The notes beneath the pieces are model-generated. The model was given only the letters and a program-made list of their open reading frames with translations. It did no database searches and was not told the origin of the DNA. Positions 6,946 through 15,549 of a DNA stretch of 28,726 nt are shown piece after piece (positions within the stretch are counted from its first letter, which is position 1; each line of letters opens with the position of its first letter). The DNA comes from a virus: IMG/VR virus record IMGVR_UViG_3300005512_000241. One strand, written 5' to 3'. A program made the position numbers and the translations under genes.

Positions 6946-7098
6946 TGTCCTATGATGTCCTAAATGCCATATTGAATGAAATCAATGGGTTAGAGATAGC
7001 GTTTAGGACGTTTAGGACATTTAGGACATAGGTTAGGACACCTTGGGAAATAATGTCCTAAATGTCCTAAATCCCTATAGGGTTTAGGACATAGGACA
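6891..7098. repeat. Iteron array (11 copies, consensus ATGTCCTAAA / TTTAGGACAT), probable origin of replication.
   Basis: Core TGTCCTA at 6891, 6946, 6956, 7054, 7063. Core TAGGAC(A/G) at 7004, 7013, 7022, 7034, 7085, 7092. Also palindrome CCCTATAGGG at 7073..7082. Confidence 0.7.
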
Positions 7099-7124
7099 TT
7101 TCGGGCAGAAAGGACGGTTGAAAG

Positions 7125-7406
7125 ATGAAAGAACAACACCGGCGAAATCAGGTGATCGATGAGGCCAAGAAACTCATCAATGGCGATCGTAAAGATCAGT
7201 ATGGCGAGAGTTCATTCCAATCATTGGCGAGGATGTGGTCGGTCTATCTCGGTCACGAAATCACACCGGCGCAATCGGCGGAGATGTTGGCCATCCTCAA
7301 GATCATCCGAAACAAGAATAAACCAAAACTCGATTCATTCATCGATGGCATTGGATACCTGGCACTCGCGGCCGAGGAAGCGTTTGGGAATGATCCGGAT
7401 TTGTGA
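7125..7406 (+). CDS. Conserved-looking phage protein of unknown function (93 aa).
   Basis: Track ORF directly downstream of the iteron array. I cannot assign it to a family with confidence from the sequence alone. Confidence 0.7.
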   Translation: MKEQHRRNQVIDEAKKLINGDRKDQYGESSFQSLARMWSVYLGHEITPAQSAEMLAILKIIRNKNKPKLDSFIDGIGYLALAAEEAFGNDPDL

Positions 7407-7469
7407 TAAACAAAAAAGAGGGGTGGGGGCATATGCCTCGACACCAGGAAAAGATTTGAGGGGGTGGCC

Positions 7470-8138
7470 ATGCGCGTTGGAATAGCGGCCGATTTGAGAG
7501 CATTCAAAAGAACGATGAGCGAGGTCGAGAAAAAAGAGTTCCCTCTCATTGTTCGGAACTCATTGCTCGACACCGGATTCAAGACGCAGAAGAAATTGCG
7601 CGATCAAACCTATGGCAAAGCATTCAACCCACGCCAACGGCAATTCAAGAACCTCACAACGGCACTCGGCACCGGCCAACCGGTTCGATTCCAATCCGGA
7701 GTCACTTTGAAAAAGGGGGTGGAGCGTCGAAAAGAAATTGTAATATTCGATCGCCTGGGCAGGGAGTATATGCAACGCCACGCCAAGGGTGGGATCAAAA
7801 GACCCATATCCGGTTCAAATGTGGTGGTGCCTGGTAAAACAACGGTGGAGCCTAAAAGAACAGGGCGGGGCATTCCAAAAAGATTGCGACCGTCCACCCT
7901 ACTCGACAAAAAAAATGTGTTCCGGACTAAGGTGGGGGGCCAGGAAGTAATTGCGAGGCGGAGGGGTAAGGCACGGTATCCCATCGAAATCATGCACCTA
8001 TTGGAGCCGAACGCCACCATCCGCAAGACGTACAATTTCTATGAAGATTCTCAACGATCATTCCGAACCGAATTTCCCCTCGCATTCCGCCGGAACTTTG
8101 CCTCGAGGATGAAACGAGTTCTCAGAACCAGGTTTTGA
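7470..8138 (+). CDS. Very basic hypothetical protein (about 222 aa).
   Basis: Track ORF 7464..8138. ATG 7470 is preceded by GAGGGGG. Many R/K clusters (RRRGKARYP, KRTGRGIPKRLRP). Confidence 0.7.
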   Translation: MRVGIAADLRAFKRTMSEVEKKEFPLIVRNSLLDTGFKTQKKLRDQTYGKAFNPRQRQFKNLTTALGTGQPVRFQSGVTLKKGVERRKEIVIFDRLGREYMQRHAKGGIKRPISGSNVVVPGKTTVEPKRTGRGIPKRLRPSTLLDKKNVFRTKVGGQEVIARRRGKARYPIEIMHLLEPNATIRKTYNFYEDSQRSFRTEFPLAFRRNFASRMKRVLRTRF

Positions 8139-8344
8139 GGGGTTTGATGGGGGTGCGCCAAAGGTACTTTCGACGCGCATAATTTGCGGGTAACGCGCGA
8201 CCCCGATAAATTCTCAGGGACAGAATTTCAAAAAGTTCAAGGCAATCACGGAGATTGTTCGTTTCTCTTTGAAAATAACGAGGTTGCAAAAAAGCAACAT
8301 CGAGGCAATATTATATATCAGACATATAAAAGCGAGGAACATCG

Positions 8345-8755
8345 ATGGCATCGCCTAGTTACGAAACCGCCAGGGTTCGCAAATTACAGGTTGAAACCGC
8401 ATTGGCCGAAATGGATTTGGCAAAGGCTCGACGCGAATATGTCTCGGCCGATGACGTTCGACACGTTTGGGCGGATGTCCTGGCGAACATGAAATCCAAG
8501 TTGTTATCGATGCCGACGATCCTGGCACCCATGTTGGTTGACCAAAAAGAGGCAAGCGAGATCAAAGAGATCATCGACAAAGCGGTGATCGATTGTTTAG
8601 AGGAACTCACATCATATGACCCACAAATCGAAGTCGCACCCGATGATGGTGGAAGCGATGAGGGAAGTGGCGCGAAGCGCGATCCAAACCCTCAAACCAC
8701 CACCCCGACAAAGCGTAAGCGAGTGGGCCGACCTCGAAAGGCGTCTATCCAGTGA
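8345..8755 (+). CDS. terS: Terminase small subunit candidate, with an AT-hook-like basic C-terminal tail.
   Basis: Sits immediately upstream of TerL and overlaps it. The coiled region ARVRKLQVETALAEMDLAKARREYVSADDV resembles Nu1/DUF1441-type small terminases. Tail KRKRVGRPRK. RBS GAGGA. Confidence 0.55.
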   Translation: MASPSYETARVRKLQVETALAEMDLAKARREYVSADDVRHVWADVLANMKSKLLSMPTILAPMLVDQKEASEIKEIIDKAVIDCLEELTSYDPQIEVAPDDGGSDEGSGAKRDPNPQTTTPTKRKRVGRPRKASIQ

Positions 8756-10508
8756 GGCATCGGCGGCACCTGGGCGATGGTACACCGAACGCACGGAGTA
8801 TTTGCGGGGCATCATGGATGCGGCCAGTGATCCATCAGTCACCGAGATCGTTGTTCAAGCAGGGGCGCAATTAGGAAAAACCGAGGTTTTGTTAAATGTG
8901 ATTGGTTTTCACATTGCACACGATCCGGCACCGATCTTGGTTGTCCAACCCACCGGCCAAAAGGGAATGGCCGAGACATTTTCGAAAGACCGATTGGCAC
9001 CTATGTTGCGCGACACCCCATGCCTCAAGGGGAAAGTCAAAGACCCTCGATCGCGGGACAGTGGCAACACCACCTTGCAAAAGAATTTTCCAGGCGGTCG
9101 AATTTCGATGATTGGTGCGAACTCGCCGGCGCAACTTGCATCGAGGCCGATCCGAATTGTTTTGCTCGATGAAACCGATCGATTTCCGGCATCGTCTGGA
9201 TCGGAAGGTGATCCGATTGAACTTGCGAGAAAACGATCCGCGACATTCTGGAACCGCAAGATTTTGATGGTTTCGACACCGACCAACAAAGGCGCATCGA
9301 TCATCGAGGAACGCTATTTGCAAAGCGATCAACGGCGATATTTCGCTCGATGTCCACATTGCGATGAGGCTCAAATCCTCGAGTGGAAAAACGTCCAATG
9401 GCAAAAGGATCGACCGGAAACGGCCGGTTATGTTTGCGATCATTGCGGAACATTTTGGTCGGATGCCGAAAAGAACAAGGCGGTTCGGAATGGATATTGG
9501 GAAGCGAGTCAAAACTTTCACGGCATCGCCGGTTTTCAAATATCGGGCATTTATTCACCCTGGATCACGCTCGAGGATGCGGTTCGAGATTTCTTGAAGG
9601 CAAAGAAATTGCCGGAAATGTTGAAGGTTTGGACGAACACTTATTTGGGCGAAACGTTCGAGGTTCAAGGCGATGGCGTTGATGAGGATGATATTCCAGG
9701 CAAGGATTCATTCGAAAAAGAGTTCTTGCCGGATGAATGCGTTCTCATTACGGCCGGCATCGACACCCAAGATGACCGGCTCGAGGTTGAAATCGTTGGA
9801 TGGGGCCGAGATCAAGAATCCTGGTCGTTGGATTATCGCGTGATTTATGGCGATCCATCATCGCCTCAAGTTTGGGGTCAACTCGACGCGGTATTGTCGG
9901 AAACCTGGGATCATCCTCGAGGAATTGAGATGCCGATCCGGTGCGCGTGTATTGACTCAGGGGGCCATCACACCAACGCGGTTTATACTTTCGTTAAGCC
10001 TCGAGAGGGGCGGCGAGTGTTCGCAATCAAGGGCGTTGGCGGCGAGGGAAAGCCACAAGTGGGAAAACCCTCGAAAAACAACCGACAATCTGTTAGACTG
10101 TTCCCAATCGGCGTTGATGGAATAAAGGAATTGGTTTATTCGAGGTTGAAAATCAGAGAACCAGGGCCAGGGTTTTGTCATTTCCCCGAGGGTCGAGGTG
10201 ATGAGTATTTTTCGCAACTAACGGCGGAAAAGATGGTCACTCGGTTCAGAAAAGGTTATAAGAGGCGGGAATGGGTACAAACCCGACCTCGAAATGAGGC
10301 TCTTGATTGCCGCGTTTATGCGATCGCAGCGTTGGGAATTATGAACCTCAATTTGAATAGTTTGGCAAATCGGTTCGCAAAGGCGGCGGAGCAAACCGAG
10401 GAACCAGAGGAAGCGGTTGCGGTCGAGCCGGTTGCGGCATCGACACGGCCATCACAACGACCAATGCGGCGACCAGGCGGCGGCGGTTTTGTGAACTCTT
10501 GGAGATGA
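8616..10508 (+). CDS. terL: Terminase large subunit, lambda GpA family.
   Basis: Walker A GAQLGKT and Walker B RIVLLDETD. Zinc-finger-like CPHCDE...CDHCG. Nuclease region ITAGIDTQDDRLEVEIVGWG. The N-terminus SVSEWADLE...GRWYTERTEYLRGIMDA parallels lambda gpA. The start is uncertain (8616, 8643 or 8658). Confidence 0.9.
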   Translation: MTHKSKSHPMMVEAMREVARSAIQTLKPPPRQSVSEWADLERRLSSEASAAPGRWYTERTEYLRGIMDAASDPSVTEIVVQAGAQLGKTEVLLNVIGFHIAHDPAPILVVQPTGQKGMAETFSKDRLAPMLRDTPCLKGKVKDPRSRDSGNTTLQKNFPGGRISMIGANSPAQLASRPIRIVLLDETDRFPASSGSEGDPIELARKRSATFWNRKILMVSTPTNKGASIIEERYLQSDQRRYFARCPHCDEAQILEWKNVQWQKDRPETAGYVCDHCGTFWSDAEKNKAVRNGYWEASQNFHGIAGFQISGIYSPWITLEDAVRDFLKAKKLPEMLKVWTNTYLGETFEVQGDGVDEDDIPGKDSFEKEFLPDECVLITAGIDTQDDRLEVEIVGWGRDQESWSLDYRVIYGDPSSPQVWGQLDAVLSETWDHPRGIEMPIRCACIDSGGHHTNAVYTFVKPREGRRVFAIKGVGGEGKPQVGKPSKNNRQSVRLFPIGVDGIKELVYSRLKIREPGPGFCHFPEGRGDEYFSQLTAEKMVTRFRKGYKRREWVQTRPRNEALDCRVYAIAALGIMNLNLNSLANRFAKAAEQTEEPEEAVAVEPVAASTRPSQRPMRRPGGGGFVNSWR

Positions 10509-10514
10509 TGATCG

Positions 10515-11099
10515 ATGGCGAATTTATTTGATGCCGCAAATGCACCGACAACCGAACCGCTCGAAATTGTTGTCGGTGATTTTATTCAATGGAAGCGAAC
10601 CGACCTCGGCGCAGATTACCCCAACGATCAATATACCGCAACATATGTTGCCAGGATCACCGGCGGTGGGGCGAGTGAAATCACATTAACCGGCACCGCG
10701 TCCGGCAATGATTATTTGTTTGCGGTCGATTCCGCAACATCGGCGGATTTCGTTGCGGGTTATTATCATTGGCAACTCGAGATCGTTCGGAACTCGGATT
10801 CGGAGCGGTTGGTTCTCGAGCGCGGAACGTTCGAGGCAATCGTTGACCTTGATGTCAATAACGTTGACCCTCGAACCCATGCGGAAATCATGGTCGATAA
10901 AATCGAGGCGGTTTTGCAGAATCGAGCGGATGCCGATGTTGCCAATTACTCGATCCAGGGTCGTTCCCTGGTTAAACTCTCGATCGATGATCTTTTGAGG
11001 TGGCGAGATTATTATCGAAACGAGTTGGCAATGGAAAAAAGAAAAGAGCGCGTTCGCCGAGGAAAATCGACCGGCGCAACGATCAAGGCGAGGTTTTAA
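10515..11099 (+). CDS. gpW-like head-tail joining protein with an N-terminal extension of about 110 aa.
   Basis: Lies between TerL and the portal gene, as lambda W does. The C-terminal part (HAEIMVDKIEAVLQNR...YSIQGRSLVKLSIDDLLRWRDYYRNEL) follows the gpW pattern. Confidence 0.55.
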   Translation: MANLFDAANAPTTEPLEIVVGDFIQWKRTDLGADYPNDQYTATYVARITGGGASEITLTGTASGNDYLFAVDSATSADFVAGYYHWQLEIVRNSDSERLVLERGTFEAIVDLDVNNVDPRTHAEIMVDKIEAVLQNRADADVANYSIQGRSLVKLSIDDLLRWRDYYRNELAMEKRKERVRRGKSTGATIKARF

Positions 11100-11102
11100 G
11101 AT

Positions 11103-12602
11103 ATGGGCGTTTTTGATTTTCTAAAAAGGGACAACAAGCCAACCAAACGCCGCTCATATAAGGCCGCACAAAGCGGCCGTTTGTTTTCGGATTTTATCGC
11201 CTCGAGTCGATCGGCGGATTCCGAGATCAAAGCGGCATTGCAGCAAATCCGATACCGATGCCGCGATCTTTCCCGAAATGATGAATATGCGCGGAGATTT
11301 TTGCAGCTAATCAAAACCAACGTTGTTGGCGAAAAAGGCATTTCGTTGCAAGTTAAGGCGAAAAACGCGAATGGCACATTCGATGCGCCAGGCAATGCAA
11401 TCATCGAGAACGCATTCAAAGCCTGGTCGCGCAAGGGGAATTGCACGGTTGATGGCCGGTATTCCTGGAAGGATGCGCAAAGGTTCGCGGCGGAAGCGTT
11501 GGCGCGTGATGGTGAGTTGTTGGTTCGCCTGGTCAACTATCCACAAAACGATTTCGGATTTGCGATCGAGTTCCTCGAGGTTGATTTGTTGGATGAGAAC
11601 CACAACGAAACCCTGGCGAATGGCAACAAGATTCGAATGGGTGTTGAGATCGATCGGTTCCACAAACCGGTTGCCTATCACCTACTAACCGCGCACCCTG
11701 GCGATAATGAATATACCTCGAGCCTGGCAACGCGGAGAACGCGGATTCCGGCCGAGAAAATCTTGCATATATTCTTGCCGGAGAGAGCGCAGCAAACGCG
11801 CGGTGTTCCCTGGATGGCGGCGGCGGTTTCGCCGCTCAAACAGTTAAACGGTATGCGCGAGGCGGTTTTGGTCAACGAAAGAATCTCGGCATCCAAGATG
11901 GGATTTTTCACAACGCCATCGGGCGATGATTTCGTTGGTGATGATGTTGAAAATACTTACACACCGATCATCGAGGCGGAGCCAGGAACATTTCACCAAC
12001 TCGGGCCAGGTGTAGATTTTAAATCCTTTGATCCATCATCGAGCGCGAACACGTTTGCCGATTTCGAACGCGCGATCTTGCGCGGTGTCGCATCGGCGTT
12101 GGGTGTTTCTTATGCGTCATTGGCGAACGATTTGACGCAAACATCATATTCCTCGATTCGCCAAGGCGCACTCGAGGATCGTGATTTTTACAAAGTTTTG
12201 CACGATTTTATGATCGAACACTTTGTTCAACCGATTTTCCGCGCCTGGTTATTTTCGGCGATGGACAACGGTTCGATCCCGATCCCACCAACGCGGTTTG
12301 ACAAGTTTGCCGACAATGTGGAGTTCCGAGGTCGTGGGTTTGCCTGGGTTGATCCACAACGCGAAATGAACGCATCGGTGATCGGCCTCAATTCCGGCAT
12401 TCTCTCGATGCAAGATGTGGCCAACCAATATGGCCGCGACATTGCCGATGTGATGGATCAAATCGTTCTCGAGAAACAAATGGCGGATGAGCGCGGCATC
12501 GAGATTGCATTCCAACCATTCGGTGGTGGCCAATCCGGTTATGGGCCGATGAAATTCATGCCGGCGATGGAAGAACCCGAGGGGGACGATGATGGCAACT
12601 GA
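11103..12602 (+). CDS. Portal protein, lambda gpB family.
   Basis: Size (499 aa), position after TerL/gpW, and family-like segments (YARRFLQLIKTNVVGEKGI, acidic C-terminus). Confidence 0.85.
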   Translation: MGVFDFLKRDNKPTKRRSYKAAQSGRLFSDFIASSRSADSEIKAALQQIRYRCRDLSRNDEYARRFLQLIKTNVVGEKGISLQVKAKNANGTFDAPGNAIIENAFKAWSRKGNCTVDGRYSWKDAQRFAAEALARDGELLVRLVNYPQNDFGFAIEFLEVDLLDENHNETLANGNKIRMGVEIDRFHKPVAYHLLTAHPGDNEYTSSLATRRTRIPAEKILHIFLPERAQQTRGVPWMAAAVSPLKQLNGMREAVLVNERISASKMGFFTTPSGDDFVGDDVENTYTPIIEAEPGTFHQLGPGVDFKSFDPSSSANTFADFERAILRGVASALGVSYASLANDLTQTSYSSIRQGALEDRDFYKVLHDFMIEHFVQPIFRAWLFSAMDNGSIPIPPTRFDKFADNVEFRGRGFAWVDPQREMNASVIGLNSGILSMQDVANQYGRDIADVMDQIVLEKQMADERGIEIAFQPFGGGQSGYGPMKFMPAMEEPEGDDDGN

Positions 12603-15276
12603 TTTCCCTAAAAAGGGCGATGATCTCAAAATTTCATTGCGCAACTCGGAATATCCGCAATTCGATCGTGATTTTGCGGAGAACATCAAAGAGTTCAATC
12701 CCGAGGTTTGGGGGGCCGGTGGCAACATCCGAGGCAATGAGGCGTTCACGTTATGGGGCCGAGCGAGAGAGGGATCGGAAACCGAGGGGGTTTTGGATTG
12801 GATCAAGGAACGTGAAGCCTGGGCCGCGCGTCATTTCGGCGATGGCGAACAATTCGCATCGGGTGAACTCGAGCCGAATTTATCCAATGTTGGTGGCGTG
12901 ATTGCCCAAATCAAATGGGGCGTTATTGGCAACCTGGGCGAACAAAAAATGAAAGATGTCGTTCTCGAGTTGGTGAAAAAACTCGAGGGCAAAAAGGATC
13001 GAGCGATTGAGGATTTGACCGAAACCGCACGAAAAAGCCTCGAGAACAAAGTCGAGGAACACAACGAGGAACATGGCGACGATCCCACCAAACGCGCCAC
13101 CCTTGGAATGTTGGCAGAATCCTATTTGCGCGGGATCGGCGCATATAAAACAAACCCTGGTTCGGTTCGGCCTGGGGTGACATCGCCGGAACAGTGGGCT
13201 TTTGCGAGAGTCAATTCTCTGTTATTCTGTTTGAGAAACGGAAGGTTCCAGGGCGGCAAGCATGACACCGACCTTTTGCCGGAAGGACATCCGGAATCGA
13301 CAAAGGGCCAAGATGAGGAAAGAAAAATGGATGAACAACGTCACATCAAAAACGTGACCGAAACCGATGATTCCTATATCATCGAGTTTGGAAAATCCGA
13401 TGAAATGGTCGAGGCCGATGTTGAGGTTGAGGCCGAGAGCGGTGGCCACCTTGACGAAGAACGCAAGGCACCGGAAATGGAAACACGCCAACGATCGATG
13501 CACATGGATGCAAAAGTCGAGGGCGAGGATGATCGCCGCGTTTCGATTTCGATCTCGAGTGAAAAACCGGTCGAGCGTTCGTTCGGCATTGAAATCCTGG
13601 ATCACACCGATCGTTCGGTTGATCTCTCATTCTTAAATTCGGGCAACGCACCTTTGTTGCTCGACCATGATCCCGAAAGACAAATCGGGGTCGTTGAATC
13701 AGTAAACCTTGATTCCTCGGCGCGTCGACTACGCGCGACAGTTCGGTTTAGTAAGGGCCAACTTGGTTCCGAGGTTTATGATGACGTTCGTGATGGTATC
13801 CGCAACAATGTTTCAATCGGATACAAGATCGGGCGTATGGAGCGCGATGAAAAGGCGGAAGGTGGGAACACTTACCGCGTTCGATCGTGGACACCCCTCG
13901 AGGCAAGCATTGTTTCGATTCCGGCCGATGACTCGGTGGGAACGAATCGCAAGGCCGAACTCGAACCAACCCCAACCCCTATTCCGGCACAAGCCGAAAG
14001 AAAGGAACCTAAAATGTCAGAACAAGACATCCAAGCGGTTGAGGCGAACGCTCGCGCAGAATACGCCAAAACTGTAAACGAAATCCTGGAATTGGGCGCG
14101 TCTAAAAACAAGCGCGACCTTGCAAACCAGGCAATCAAAGATGGCCTATCAGTGGCGCAATTTCGCGGCATCCTTGCCGTTGCGTCTGCGGATGAGCCAA
14201 TCGCAACACCAGACAACCTTGATCTAAATGTTCAAGAACGCCAAGAATATTCATTGATGCGCGCATTCCGCAATGCGGCGGCGGGTCGTGAAGTTGGCGG
14301 ATTTGAGCGTGAGGTTTCGGACGAAATCGCAAAACGCACCGGCAAAGAGGCGCGTGGTTTCTATGTGCCAAGCGACATTTTCAAGCGTGATCTGACAGTT
14401 GGAACAAACACAGCCGGCGGTTTCTTGAAGCCAACGGATCACCTAGGCGGTGAGTTCATCGACGCGCTACGTCCAAACCTGGTTACTGCTAACCTGGGCG
14501 CACGGATGATGAGCGGTCTTTCCGGCGATGTTGCGATTCCGGCGTTGAACGCCAAAACAGCCGTTGGATTTGTTGCGGAGAATGCCGCACCAGGTTCAGA
14601 AGGCGCACCAACTTTCCGCCAAGTTACAATGGCACCAAAGACGATTGCACAATATGTTGATTTGTCTCGCAAATTGATGATGCAATCCGACCCATCGGTT
14701 GAGCAAGTTATCCGCGACGATATGTTGCGTCAGTTTGCGGCCAAGATCGATGACGTTGCCATCGAGGGTGGTGGATCGAATGAGCCGACAGGCATCACCG
14801 GAACAAGCGGCATCGGTTCGGTTGCGATGGGTACGAATGGCGGTGCGATCACTTATGCAAAATTGGTTGATCTTGAATCCGAGGTTGCAATCGACAACGC
14901 ATTGGGTGGCCGTTTGTCATTCCTAACAAACCCGAAAGTTGTTGGCGCGATGCGTCAAACACCTCGCCAGGCATCCGGTGTTGAGGGCAACTTTATCCTA
15001 AACGATGCGAACACATTGTTGGGTTATGGCGTTGCATCATCGACATTGGTTCCAAGCGACCTAACCAAAGGCACATCGTCCGGCGTATGTTCGGCGGTTA
15101 TCTTTGGCAACTTTGCCGACCTAATGATCGGCATGTTCGGTGGCCTGGATGTTCTTGTCGATCCTTATTCCGGTTCGACAACAGGTGCGACACGAATCTC
15201 AATGTTCCAAGATGTGGACGTTGCGGTTCGTCACGCGGAATCTTTCGCGGCAATCCTGGACGTTACAACAGCGTAA
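12589..15276 (+). CDS. 895-aa fusion ORF: N-terminal domain of unknown function (about aa 1-246), HK97-type prohead protease (about aa 247-475) and HK97-fold major capsid protein (aa 476-895).
   Basis: Protease-like region: RRVSISISSEKPVERSFGIEIL...LLLDHD...VSIGY...ASIVSIPADDSVG. Capsid-like region: GGFLKPTDHLGGEFIDALRPN...VAIPALN...IEGGGSNEPTGITG. No stop codon across 2.7 kb. Internal in-frame RBS+ATG at 13327 and 14014. Confidence 0.85.
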   Translation: MMATDFPKKGDDLKISLRNSEYPQFDRDFAENIKEFNPEVWGAGGNIRGNEAFTLWGRAREGSETEGVLDWIKEREAWAARHFGDGEQFASGELEPNLSNVGGVIAQIKWGVIGNLGEQKMKDVVLELVKKLEGKKDRAIEDLTETARKSLENKVEEHNEEHGDDPTKRATLGMLAESYLRGIGAYKTNPGSVRPGVTSPEQWAFARVNSLLFCLRNGRFQGGKHDTDLLPEGHPESTKGQDEERKMDEQRHIKNVTETDDSYIIEFGKSDEMVEADVEVEAESGGHLDEERKAPEMETRQRSMHMDAKVEGEDDRRVSISISSEKPVERSFGIEILDHTDRSVDLSFLNSGNAPLLLDHDPERQIGVVESVNLDSSARRLRATVRFSKGQLGSEVYDDVRDGIRNNVSIGYKIGRMERDEKAEGGNTYRVRSWTPLEASIVSIPADDSVGTNRKAELEPTPTPIPAQAERKEPKMSEQDIQAVEANARAEYAKTVNEILELGASKNKRDLANQAIKDGLSVAQFRGILAVASADEPIATPDNLDLNVQERQEYSLMRAFRNAAAGREVGGFEREVSDEIAKRTGKEARGFYVPSDIFKRDLTVGTNTAGGFLKPTDHLGGEFIDALRPNLVTANLGARMMSGLSGDVAIPALNAKTAVGFVAENAAPGSEGAPTFRQVTMAPKTIAQYVDLSRKLMMQSDPSVEQVIRDDMLRQFAAKIDDVAIEGGGSNEPTGITGTSGIGSVAMGTNGGAITYAKLVDLESEVAIDNALGGRLSFLTNPKVVGAMRQTPRQASGVEGNFILNDANTLLGYGVASSTLVPSDLTKGTSSGVCSAVIFGNFADLMIGMFGGLDVLVDPYSGSTTGATRISMFQDVDVAVRHAESFAAILDVTTA

Positions 15277-15283
15277 ACCAAAG

Positions 15284-15305
15284 AGAGCGGGGGAAACCCC
15301 GCTCT
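15284..15305 (+). terminator. GNRA-loop hairpin after the capsid gene; attenuating terminator or mRNA stabiliser.
   Basis: AGAGCGGGG-gaaa-CCCCGCTCT, a 9-bp stem, followed only by TT. Confidence 0.4.
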
Positions 15306-15326
15306 TTCCAACAAAGGGTTTGAATA

Positions 15327-15539
15327 ATGAAAATTGAATTGATTCGCGGAACGGTTATTGATGGCCAGGCAAAAGATGCCGGCGCGGTTGTTGATGTCGA
15401 TGATTCCCTCGCCTCGATGTTGATGGCGACCGGCAAGGGCATCCCACACGCCGAGAGCGCGGCCAAGAGTGACCGTTCGGTTGGTTTAAGCACATCGGAC
15501 GCACCAAAGGCAAAAACTCGCTCTAAGGCGAAAAAATAA
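15327..15539 (+). CDS. Small hypothetical head-associated protein (70 aa) with a Lys-rich tail.
   Basis: Track ORF directly after the capsid gene. RBS AAGGG. Confidence 0.65.
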   Translation: MKIELIRGTVIDGQAKDAGAVVDVDDSLASMLMATGKGIPHAESAAKSDRSVGLSTSDAPKAKTRSKAKK

Positions 15540-15549
15540 GGATTGATCG

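Noticed and set aside
7428-7437. 10-bp palindrome GGCATATGCC between genes 7125..7406 and 7470..8138.
   Set aside because: It is short and isolated, with no partner sites or U-tract, so it cannot be distinguished from chance.
8184-8492. Track ORF 8184..8492 (+), 102 aa, upstream of and overlapping terS.
   Set aside because: It has a non-ATG start and no RBS, overlaps the better-supported terS frame by about 150 nt, and its product has an odd composition. The region is more likely non-coding (cos/regulatory).
8892-9539. Minus-strand ORFs antisense to TerL, gpW-like/portal and portal/capsid genes (8892..9539, 11096..11536, 12249..12806).
   Set aside because: Each lies inside, or antisense across, plus-strand genes with strong motif support. 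They are typical shadow ORFs in sequence with biased third-position composition.
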